Positions 18,610 through 28,400 of a stretch of 64,000 bases of DNA are shown one piece after another (positions within the stretch are counted from its first letter, which is position 1; the number at the start of each line of letters is the position of its first letter). Source of the DNA: a virus. The stretch spans positions 1-64,000 of the IMG/VR virus record IMGVR_UViG_3300034061_002572. One strand, given 5' to 3'. A program made the translations under genes and the position numbers. Below the pieces are notes generated by a model. The model was not told the DNA's origin. It saw only the letters and a program-made list of their open reading frames with translations, and searched no databases.

Positions 18610-19032
18610 ATGGAAAAACAATTAAAAGCAGTGGCTGAGTTTCACAAAGCATTTAAACAAGTAGATGGTCAATGGCCACAGAATCTTAACAAAGATGAAG
18701 TTGTGTTAAGACATAGACTTATGGCTGAAGAAAATGATGAGTATCTTGATGCTTGTCACACAAATTCATTAGTAGAAATTGCTGATGCCCTAGGTGATCA
18801 ATTATACATTCTATGTGGTACAATACTTAAACATGGCATGCAACATATTATACAAGATGTATTTGATGAGATACAGGAAAGTAATATGAGCAAGCTTGGT
18901 GCAGATGGTAAACCAGTTTTAAGAGAAGATGGAAAGATTCTTAAGGGCCCTGGATACTTCAGACCAGACATTAGTAAATTTATTAAAGTTGACACAGATG
19001 CATCCAATAGTATTCAGGAAAGCAATGATTGA
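18610..19032 (+). CDS. MazG-like / PRA-PH nucleoside triphosphate pyrophosphohydrolase (possible dUTPase)
   Basis: EENDEY...EIADALGDQLY, SNMSK and DGKILKGP motifs. Confidence 0.88.
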   Translation: MEKQLKAVAEFHKAFKQVDGQWPQNLNKDEVVLRHRLMAEENDEYLDACHTNSLVEIADALGDQLYILCGTILKHGMQHIIQDVFDEIQESNMSKLGADGKPVLREDGKILKGPGYFRPDISKFIKVDTDASNSIQESND

Positions 19033-19177
19033 AGCCTATATGGCAGGATTTGCAGCTGCTATAGAAGCAGGACTCAAAGATTATCCAACAAAACAAGAAG
19101 CCAGAGACTGGTTTGATAATGAGTATGGACAACAAGAGTCAGAAGAATGTGACTGTTGTGAAGATACAGAAGAATAA
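18998..19177 (+). CDS. small hypothetical protein (MHPIVFRK..., 59 aa)
   Basis: ATG at 18998 in frame with the 18929 ORF; ends just before the terminator. Confidence 0.6.
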   Translation: MHPIVFRKAMIEAYMAGFAAAIEAGLKDYPTKQEARDWFDNEYGQQESEECDCCEDTEE

Positions 19178-19179
19178 TT

Positions 19180-19207
19180 GGGGAGCCTTCGGGTTCCCCT
19201 TTTTTTT
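19180..19207 (+). terminator. intrinsic terminator at the convergence of the two arms
   Basis: GGGGAGCC-TTCG-GGTTCCCC (cUUCGg tetraloop) followed by T8. Confidence 0.9.
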
Positions 19208-19208
19208 C

Positions 19209-19349
19209 CTACCTACCCTGAGCCCTGTAAGCTTTCTTATAATGCTTAGAGCTTTTCATTTTAGAGTTTTTAGTTTTGCTATGTACACCAGGTCTAGATT
19301 TCTTAACCTTTACATATGCCTTAACTAATGTAGTTGATACTTTTGCCAT
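19209..19349 (-). CDS. 46-aa highly basic protein (not in the ORF track)
   Basis: Manual translation MAKVSTTLVKAYVKVKKSRPGVHSKTKNSKMKSSKHYKKAYRAQGR*. ATG lies 6 nt after the stop of the 2028-aa gene and the ORF fills the gap exactly. Confidence 0.8.
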   Translation of the reverse strand: MAKVSTTLVKAYVKVKKSRPGVHSKTKNSKMKSSKHYKKAYRAQGR

Positions 19350-19355
19350 TGCTGA

Positions 19356-22300
19356 TTAGTTTAGATTTTCAAATGCTTCATTCTTTTTAATAGCCCATAT
19401 AGGAGATACGTTTTTACCTTTGACTCCAAATATACCAAATAAATGATTCCAAAGTTTATAATGGTATTCACCATTTTCATCTTTATGCTGCCATGGATAT
19501 GGTCCAACATCTGATTTGTATAATCCTTTTTCATTTCCGGTCATCATATACCATAGGTCCATCATAATTTTAGAATATAAATCTAGTGTAGGTCCTGTAA
19601 CTATAGTAGTGCTATTAGTGAACTCTAACCACTCGTCCATACCAATACCTGGAATAGGAATAAATGACTCATTTTCTCTTTTTACCATGATTAACTGATA
19701 CAATGTATGATTAGCCAACCATCCAAATGTACCATATTGATCTTCTCTTTGTTTCATTTTTTCAAATCTGTCCTCATCTCCCTTATCATAACCAAAGATC
19801 ATTGTAACTGCTAATGCAAGTAATGCAAGATAAAGTCCTTCTGCAGCTACTTTTCTTAGTGCTACTTTTTCATCCTTAGTCATTATCTTCCAATACTTGG
19901 TTCCTTGACGGACAGTATTGTACATTGATTGGAAAGCCCTAATGTAATAACCTTTTGTAGTAGTACCCATATCCCAATCATACACTTCACCACCAAAGTT
20001 TTCTTTAGATGTATCAAACTGGAATCTATTCAAGAACATTGATGTAGCATACTTTCTATAGAAAGTAAATAGTCTATATGTAAGATATTTGTTAGCCTGA
20101 GGAGTATCCTGCTCAGACATTAGACCATTTAAGTTTTTACCAACTCCCTGAATTTTTAGTTTGAAATCATTAAATAATTTTGATTTAGAAATTACAAGTG
20201 GTTGACCTTCAGTTAATGTATCTGATGTTAGTTTATTTTTAGTTTTAAGTTCCTCAGCTGTCATATGATATTTTTTAGCAATAGACTCTAATGTGTCTCC
20301 TGCTTGGACATCATAATTAATTGGACTTGGTCCCCATTCAGGATTAATACCTTCTTTAAGTACCATTTGGTTATTTGCATCCAATTCAAATGCATCAACA
20401 TATTTGATTTTTTTTACGGTACCGTCTTTCTGAGTTTGTTCTATTTCTTTATGATACATCATACCATAGAACAACTGTAAGCCAGATTCAACTTCCATTA
20501 GTTTTCTTGAGTCATACATCCAAGTACCATCTAAAAAGTCTTTAACAAATGTTCTAGAACTTGATTTACCAAAGTCTGATTTTGTTTTACCTGTGATAGG
20601 ATCAAATCTTTCCATCATTTGTAAGTCTAGACTCTTTGGTCCTTTAGTATAAATTCCTTTTGAGCTCAGTTCTATGGTTGCTTTAAATGCTCTTACTCTA
20701 CCTTGTGCTGCAGATACAGCATTTAGATATTGACCTCCGGCAGTTTCAATCATTTTTTGGAATGTCATACCAAGTTTGTTTTTTAGTGCTGACGTAACAT
20801 CCAATGCAATGAATGATCTACTAGCTGCTCCCATTAAGTTATTGGCAATCTTAGTAACCCAAACATTTTCATTTTGGAACTGGGAACTTCCTTGACCATA
20901 GAATAATCTATCTATATAGTGACTGTATGCATCTGCTCTTTGGTTATCTCTTCTAAATTTATTCCGTCCTTTAGGAATAAATACTTGTTTACCTCTAGCT
21001 TTAGATGCTTGTTTACTAACTTTATTGGTTTCTTTAATAGCATTTTCCGGATCATTAAGAATATTCTTAAGTGCTTTTGCTATCGGTTCTTCCTCAATAA
21101 GAGCTTGTTGTTCATTCAGAGAGTGTAAATAAGTAGCCGTAGCAGTTAGTACATCTTGAGAAACTTCATTTGCTTTAATTCTATATAATCCTCTTACAGG
21201 GATCTCAGTTATAACTTCTCCTTGTAAGTCAGTCTCAATTAATAAACTATCTGTATCAAAATTAAATTTGTGTTCCGCGTCTTCAGCATCTTTTTTAAAC
21301 ATAGCAAGAGCCCCACCTTTTATTCCTTCAAGTTTACTTCCAAAGTCTGCTTTAGCTTGACCAGATTGAACATACTCAAGATTTGATTTTTTTCTAAATC
21401 TCGGCATGTCTAAATATAATTTAGATTCACTAGGTTTATCTTCTTGAATTTTTAAATACTGTTTTTTATAAGCCTCAAGTAATCTAAATCTAACTCCATT
21501 CTCGGCTTTAAGTTTATAGTACTCATCATTTATGAATTTTTTATCATAAGCACTATTTGGATCTCCTAAGTTATATTCTCTAGGTAAGAATTGTCCACGG
21601 TTATTAATCACAGTACCAATGTATTGAGATTTATCAGCTCCTCTAGGAATAGTCCTGTATTGATCTTTTACTCTTGTATAAGTATATTTAGAAACAGGAA
21701 CACCTAATACATCTAACTCAAGACCATTAGCCGGATTAATAATTTTAGTTTTTACATAATACTTAGAATCACTAGGACGTGTAACAGACCAAGCTTTTAT
21801 CCTATAGTATCTTGTAGTCTCTTTGCCACTCTTATCAAAAAATGTTTTGCTGTAATGATTTCTATCAAACCATTCAGCAAATGCTGAGTTTGCAGCTTTT
21901 ATTTGATAAATAGCCGCTGAATTAATAAACTCATCTGCAGTTTCAGTAGTAATAGATTGTACAGCTCCCATTCCAATAGTGTTATCCGGAAGAAGCTGTT
22001 GAATTTCAGTATCACCTACTACATCATTAAATGTTTTAAGGTAACTATCTGTAGCTGTTGTGTTTGTAATCTCACTCAATTCTTTGAATAGCATCTTGAG
22101 ATTAGTGAGTTCCAGACTTGATAGACCAAGGTCATTCTTTAAATCAAGCAACCTTGCATAATCATCTTGCTCAATTGAAGTCAAATCTTTTCCTTCTTGT
22201 ATCTTAGACTCATACTGGTCTAGTCTTAGTTTTTGCTCAGTTGATAAACCAGTCTTCTTATCAAATGCAGAATTCAATTCAACTATCTTGTCTTCAATAG

Positions 22301-25300
22301 ACTTTAGAAGTTTAGATTGATCAATACTTAGTTCCGCACCATTCGGTTCCCCATCTTTATCCGTTACTAAAGCAACAAGAGCAGATCTTTGTCGGTAATA
22401 CTCAGATAGTTCTCTCACAATATCAGCTTTCTGGTTCTTGGATCCTATCTCTCTTAACTGGGCATATATTTCCTGAAGTCTTTGTTGATATTCTGGAGTA
22501 GTTGCAATTTTTAAATTCTTGTTAAAAAACTTTTGCAACTCTTCATTAAACTGTTTCATCTTTGCCGGATCACTTTCATCATAAGTAATACCTTGAGCAG
22601 CTAATTCAACATTAACATAATTATCTAAGTCTCTTTGAAATTTAGCTGTGTCAGTTACAAACTCATTAAAGCCTGCAGATTTTCTTCTGTGATGTAGTCG
22701 GATTAATACCTTTTGAAGTTCATCACCTGTTTTGTATTTACCAAAGCTATCATAAACATTATAAAGCTCATCATAGTTTCTTTTAGCAATTTGTGAATCT
22801 GTAACTTCTAATACATCATCTAACTCAGTAAAAGGTTTCTTACTGTAAATTGACATCTGGTCAATGGCCTTTTGTCTTTCTAATAAAGCTTGTGTAGCTA
22901 CATCAGCTGGAATTACAATCTCTGTCTTAGTGGATGGATCATATACTCTGTTATCTTGGAACCAAATCTTCTGTACGTCATATACTTCTTTCTTGTATTT
23001 TCTATGCATGTACTTATCATTGAACTCCCAAATATCTTTTTGAGCTTGTCTTATTTTAGCAAGGTCTTCAGTTTCTCTAGCTTGTTCTAATGCATCATTT
23101 AACCTTCCTATCTCAGCTCTCCAACCAGTAAACTTATCAATCAAGGATAATACTTCAAATTCTTCATACTCTCCTTTGTCATTCTTACTTGGAATTTTAT
23201 CAGTAAACATTAATAGTTTAGCTAGTTGCCCTGTATCATTTGGATTATATCCTGCAGCTTTTAGTTCCGGAAGAATAGATGACATAAAATCATTCCACTC
23301 TGTATAACTTTTACTTTCTGCATTAGATAGTTTAGACTTCATATATCTTACAAAAGATCCTAAAGGATCATCTATATTAGAATATGGTGTCATCATTGAG
23401 GCCAGGATACCTAAGTCTCCAGCTTTACCTTCTAGAAGATCCGTTATTTTTTCTTTAGTGATAACCTTTGCAAAGTAAGATTGCACAGCATCAAGTATTG
23501 CTTTTTCAAATCTAGTAGGTTTTGGAAGTTTTAAATCCTTCACATCAAACCTTCTCATATCCTTAGTATTAACTATCTGGTCAACTACTGAATCTATTTC
23601 AGCATCCGTATAGTTGTCAGCCTTAAGAATATTCATCATCTTTTCTTTAAGAGAATTTGAAATTGATTCATTCATAAAGTCTGAATTCTCTACAATGAAA
23701 TCTTTCATAAACTCTTTCTCCAACTTTCTAGTCTCAGCAATTGTATTTCTTACTCTCTCACCTATAGCAGATAATTTTTTAGTTAATGCATTATCTGGTT
23801 CTAACTTAAGTGTATCTTTAATCTCATCTAGAAAATCATTTTGTCTTTCCAAAAACTGCTGATAATAAGCAAGTTTGGCCATTCCTTCATTAGTAAGATG
23901 TTCATTAGATTGTTTCATCTCATTAATTACTGTCTGAATTCTTTTTGTAAAGACCTCTATTTCACTTATACTGTTTATAAATGCATTAGCCCTGATTCTA
24001 AAATCAGTTTGTTGTTCTTCTATTTGTCTTAATAACTCTGCAGGATCTATAGAAGCTTGATTAGGATCAACAGTTTGTGAAGTTTGAAGATTATCAATCA
24101 GATTTCTTAGAATTCTCATCCCGTCTTTTCCCTGAAGTTTTTCTTTTAACTTATAAGGGCTATTTTTTAAAACTCCAATCTGGAACATTGCTTCACTATA
24201 AAATCTATTAATAGCTTCTAAGAAGTCTTTAGCATCCGTGGACTTTAAATCATTTAAGAAATCATCAATATCATTTTTAAACTCAGCATAGTCACTTGGT
24301 TCAAACTGTAAATTTTCAATCACAAAGTCTTCACCTAACAACATATCAGTTAATTGCTCTAAGTCTGTAGTTGACTTTAGTTTTTTCAAGTCAACTTTTC
24401 TCCCCATAACTTTATTTATGATTTGCTTGATAGCATATAATAGTAAGTCAATGAATGCTTTGAAGTTATTATCGTCTGATACAATACCATCAATTTTATT
24501 CATGGCATCTCTCTCTAAAGCAGTTACAAGACATTCTTCTTTGAACCGGTCAGACTCTTGGTCTAACTCTGGGTAAGTATTAGTTATGATATTGCTGATA
24601 TCTTTCCCATCTGCTGTAGTCATAAGCTTGAAATACAGATTTTCAAATAGGACTCTGTTATCTCTTGCAATACCTTTAATCAATGGATGTGCAAACTCAT
24701 GTATTAAGTTATCTACAGAAAACTTACCGTCTATAAAATAGATTTTATTATTAAAATAAAATGACGCGGCATTAGGTTTTAATGGTGTTTGAGTATCAGC
24801 TAATAACTCTTCTGCTTCTGACTTACTTATCATTTGATAGTCCATACCAAATGCAGCCTTAAACTTCTCTCCTAATTTTTGAGCAATCTCATTGGCTCTT
24901 GCCTTTTTAATTTCATCCTCATTCTTAGGAAACATTGAATACATCTGCTCCTCAATAGTAGTAGGTTCCTCATTAAATAAACTGATTTGACCTTTTTCTT
25001 TTATTGCTTTTTCAATATCAGAAATAAGTTTACCTCTTTCAATTGCTCTCTGCAGTTTTGCGGGAGCATCCAACATACCTTTTCTTTTAGTAACTATCCA
25101 GTTATATAAACTAGATTGACCTACAGGAACATAGTTAGCAAAGTAATTTATAGGAATACCCTTTCTAAAATTATCTGTATTCTTTTTATCAATAGCCTGA
25201 TTAAGTCTTATCTGATCTTCATTATAGATTTCTTTCTTAATTGAGATACCAAGATCTGTTTTAATATCAGCGGCAGTCATTATACCAAGATCTTTTCTAA

Positions 25301-25442
25301 CACTGTTAGACTTTAAGAACTCAGCATATCCAGGAAACTCTTCATTAAAATACTTATCAACTAAATTTTTAATTTTTATTTCACCAAATATATCTGTTAG
25401 CCTTTTTACTTCCGGATCAGATAAGTTTAAACATGTTGCCAT
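19356..25442 (-). CDS. giant putative ejected virion protein with N-terminal zincin (HEFAH) and LysM domain
   Basis: 2028 aa, next to the vRNAP gene; IHEFAH...EE; YDVQAGDTLESIAKKYHMTAEELKTKNKL...GQPLVI; hydrophobic C-terminal segment. Confidence 0.85.
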   Translation of the reverse strand: MATCLNLSDPEVKRLTDIFGEIKIKNLVDKYFNEEFPGYAEFLKSNSVRKDLGIMTAADIKTDLGISIKKEIYNEDQIRLNQAIDKKNTDNFRKGIPINYFANYVPVGQSSLYNWIVTKRKGMLDAPAKLQRAIERGKLISDIEKAIKEKGQISLFNEEPTTIEEQMYSMFPKNEDEIKKARANEIAQKLGEKFKAAFGMDYQMISKSEAEELLADTQTPLKPNAASFYFNNKIYFIDGKFSVDNLIHEFAHPLIKGIARDNRVLFENLYFKLMTTADGKDISNIITNTYPELDQESDRFKEECLVTALERDAMNKIDGIVSDDNNFKAFIDLLLYAIKQIINKVMGRKVDLKKLKSTTDLEQLTDMLLGEDFVIENLQFEPSDYAEFKNDIDDFLNDLKSTDAKDFLEAINRFYSEAMFQIGVLKNSPYKLKEKLQGKDGMRILRNLIDNLQTSQTVDPNQASIDPAELLRQIEEQQTDFRIRANAFINSISEIEVFTKRIQTVINEMKQSNEHLTNEGMAKLAYYQQFLERQNDFLDEIKDTLKLEPDNALTKKLSAIGERVRNTIAETRKLEKEFMKDFIVENSDFMNESISNSLKEKMMNILKADNYTDAEIDSVVDQIVNTKDMRRFDVKDLKLPKPTRFEKAILDAVQSYFAKVITKEKITDLLEGKAGDLGILASMMTPYSNIDDPLGSFVRYMKSKLSNAESKSYTEWNDFMSSILPELKAAGYNPNDTGQLAKLLMFTDKIPSKNDKGEYEEFEVLSLIDKFTGWRAEIGRLNDALEQARETEDLAKIRQAQKDIWEFNDKYMHRKYKKEVYDVQKIWFQDNRVYDPSTKTEIVIPADVATQALLERQKAIDQMSIYSKKPFTELDDVLEVTDSQIAKRNYDELYNVYDSFGKYKTGDELQKVLIRLHHRRKSAGFNEFVTDTAKFQRDLDNYVNVELAAQGITYDESDPAKMKQFNEELQKFFNKNLKIATTPEYQQRLQEIYAQLREIGSKNQKADIVRELSEYYRQRSALVALVTDKDGEPNGAELSIDQSKLLKSIEDKIVELNSAFDKKTGLSTEQKLRLDQYESKIQEGKDLTSIEQDDYARLLDLKNDLGLSSLELTNLKMLFKELSEITNTTATDSYLKTFNDVVGDTEIQQLLPDNTIGMGAVQSITTETADEFINSAAIYQIKAANSAFAEWFDRNHYSKTFFDKSGKETTRYYRIKAWSVTRPSDSKYYVKTKIINPANGLELDVLGVPVSKYTYTRVKDQYRTIPRGADKSQYIGTVINNRGQFLPREYNLGDPNSAYDKKFINDEYYKLKAENGVRFRLLEAYKKQYLKIQEDKPSESKLYLDMPRFRKKSNLEYVQSGQAKADFGSKLEGIKGGALAMFKKDAEDAEHKFNFDTDSLLIETDLQGEVITEIPVRGLYRIKANEVSQDVLTATATYLHSLNEQQALIEEEPIAKALKNILNDPENAIKETNKVSKQASKARGKQVFIPKGRNKFRRDNQRADAYSHYIDRLFYGQGSSQFQNENVWVTKIANNLMGAASRSFIALDVTSALKNKLGMTFQKMIETAGGQYLNAVSAAQGRVRAFKATIELSSKGIYTKGPKSLDLQMMERFDPITGKTKSDFGKSSSRTFVKDFLDGTWMYDSRKLMEVESGLQLFYGMMYHKEIEQTQKDGTVKKIKYVDAFELDANNQMVLKEGINPEWGPSPINYDVQAGDTLESIAKKYHMTAEELKTKNKLTSDTLTEGQPLVISKSKLFNDFKLKIQGVGKNLNGLMSEQDTPQANKYLTYRLFTFYRKYATSMFLNRFQFDTSKENFGGEVYDWDMGTTTKGYYIRAFQSMYNTVRQGTKYWKIMTKDEKVALRKVAAEGLYLALLALAVTMIFGYDKGDEDRFEKMKQREDQYGTFGWLANHTLYQLIMVKRENESFIPIPGIGMDEWLEFTNSTTIVTGPTLDLYSKIMMDLWYMMTGNEKGLYKSDVGPYPWQHKDENGEYHYKLWNHLFGIFGVKGKNVSPIWAIKKNEAFENLN

Positions 25443-25444
25443 TA

Positions 25445-28400
25445 CTATCCTAATTTACATTTTTTATAATATTCTAAAACTTCATCTACAGATAACTCAG
25501 GGTTCTTAAGTATTTCTTGATTAAAGAATTGACCAAACTCCGCACTGTTTAAAATTTCAACATCTGATTTTTCAAAAGTTGGCTCTTCTAAACTCTCAGT
25601 ACTTTGTGGTTTAAGTTCCTCTGGAGTTATTCTATTGTCATTGCTTTTAGAAGTATATCCATAGATTGTAAAGTTATTATAATTTTTAGACATTAAATAT
25701 TCTAAAAATGGTCTATCTGCAGAACTGTTACCAAAAATGAATGTAGCCTTTTTACTTATGAATGCATTAATTGCTTCTTTTACTGGAGCGTCCAAAGGTT
25801 TATTTCTTAAAGAATAGTTTCTTGCCAACATAATCACCGGGTTCTCAATATGAGACATTGGAGCAACTAATCTAGCTCTTCCTTTTATTTGAGCTACCAC
25901 ATTAGGTTTAAGTTCTTCTGGCAGCTGATCTTTAATTTTTTTCTGTACTACCCTAAGTGTGGTTTGTGAAGAACTAACAGATTCAACTGATTCAACTAAA
26001 GCACCGTCTGCCATCTGTCTCATCTTTTGATCAGCTAATGTACCATCTTCTTTACTTACCTTTTTAAACTCACCCATGTCAATGAAGTTCTCAGATAAAT
26101 CTGGTTCTCCAGTTTCTATGTATTCATCAGGAGTAAATCTATTGTAATCCCAAACATCTTTAAGTCTTCCAAATGCAATCTTAGCAGCAAATGTATTTCT
26201 CCAATCAGCAATTCTTAAAGTAACACCTGAACTAAGTTTAATAGGTCTATTTGCTGTTCTCTCAGGAGTAACAACATCATAACTAAATATATCAATTGCT
26301 TTAGCTTCTATGTCACCAGTATGAGAATCTGTCTTAGGAATATATTGACTAACTACTTTACCTTCTGCATCTACTATATCATAACCAACTACCTTGTTGT
26401 TTTTTCCTTGGAATTCAACATTCTCTATTGTATATCCTTCTGGAGCTATCAACCAAGTATCCGTAGAGATACCATCTTCTTTATTGACAATTTCTCTAAC
26501 ATAAACATTATTAGGATAGAGTTCTTCAAAAATTTCTTTTCCTTTTTCTCTAGTTAATGTTGATACCCAATCTAAGTCATGTACTTGATTCTCATTTGGT
26601 CTGTATACACTACCTTGTTCTGATAGTGTAGTTGACCCGGTAAGAATAAAATATTCTGACATCTTATCTACTACAGCAGTTGCAAATGGATCAGAGTCTA
26701 GTGCTTCTTGTAAGTTAACTGGAGTTATTGGTTTACCTTCGGCCCCCGGCTTATAATTACTTGCAACAATCATAGACTTATTTCTAGCAAGAACACCATC
26801 AGCAATTAATCCAATATTCCTATTGATTCTTTTTAATCTAATTGCATTGATCAAATTAAAGAAATAGTCAATTAATATTTTAATCTTCTCAATTAAAGAT
26901 TTAGGCATTTCTGTATTGGTCTTCTTATGAAGTTGTTCTGAAATAAGTTCCCCGATAACATCTAACAACTCATCCTTTGAAGATGATTTGTATCTGCTGT
27001 ATTTTCTTAGAGCTTCATAAGTCTCAGTAACCAATGGGTTATGTTGCATCATATAGGCAATAAACTTACCTGCAATGTTTGGTAAATCTTCCGTGTTATC
27101 CTTTTGTACATAACCTATTTTGTTAAGTATATCAGCTACCGCAAAAGAATCCATTCCTAGTTTCTCTTTAATATCAGTATACTCAAACTTGATTCCAAAT
27201 GAAGACAAGTAGTTTACTAAGAGTTTATTTAGTTGATTCTCAGCTTCAGGCACAGATCTGTTTAACAAGTTTGTGTCAATAGGATCAATGTTAACTTTAC
27301 TGAAGTCATAAAGCTTTTTAAGATTTTTCTCTAAATATTTTTTATTGATGCTACCATCATTGGCTCTTTTTCCTGTCTTAGGATCAAGAGTTCCCTCATT
27401 TCTAGATGCATTTAACCAAGTCTCATAGTTTCTAGTTACATTATAAATTATATGAGATGGTACTCTAAGATCATCTAATGAAGCTTTGATAACATTTACA
27501 TCTGCATTTTTATCATTTTTCAGAATTTCATTTCTCATTCTGTTATATGCATAAAGTGCAAGTTCTCTTTTGTTCAACTTTTTGATTTCATCAGCAGTTA
27601 CTTCTTCTAAAGGTTTTCCAAATAATCTCATAGAGATTCCCGGATTAGAAGCATACATATACTTTTGCATGTTCTCTTCTTTAAAGTTATATCTAAAGCT
27701 TGCCTTACTTATTTGATAGCCACTTCTTTGATATTTATCAGTTACATCCTTAGGAGCAAATCCAATTACATCAAATTGTTTAGATATATAAGGAATAGCT
27801 TCAGCTAAAAACTGTTTACTTGTTGGAGAAGAGTTCATGTTTGATACAAACACATTTAATCTAGGCTCATATGTACCAAAGATGTAAGTGTCCTTATACT
27901 TAATAACATTACTATTTTTAACATATCCAACAAACTTTTCATAAGGCAATGCAGACTCAGCTCTTTGTTTATTTCTACCCATCAGATTAACATAATTCTG
28001 ATAAAGTTTCATTAAGAACTCTTGAGAGGGCTCCTCACCTAGGACATCTGATAATCTATTTCGAACCATACCTTTTGGCTCTACTTCATTATCAAGTGTA
28101 TTAAAATCTAAACTACCTATTCCAGGAGCAATCTCATTAACTGCAGGTTTAGGAATATCAATTTCAAGAATCGGAACACTTAATATTTCATCTTTTTGTA
28201 TACGGCTTGCATTAGTAAATGAATTATAATTTTCAGGATCCTGAACATAATTCTTAAAGTAATCTTTTCCTTTAAACAAACTTTCAAAAATATTATCAAA
28301 TGTATTGATATTAAGATTTCTATTTGTAAAGTTTATAGATGCGTTCTCCATAACTAGTAGGAACTGATCATAAGGAAGTACTTTATTGATACCATATTTA

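Noticed and set aside
18929-19328. ORF-track calls 18929-19177 (long start) and 19113-19328
   Set aside because: The first is better started at ATG 18998. The second crosses a strong terminator and is antisense to the 46-aa gene.
25436-25450. Read-through or frameshift fusion of the RNAP with the 2028-aa protein
   Set aside because: Tandem stops (TAG TAA), the next ATG is in another frame, and no slippery site is evident.
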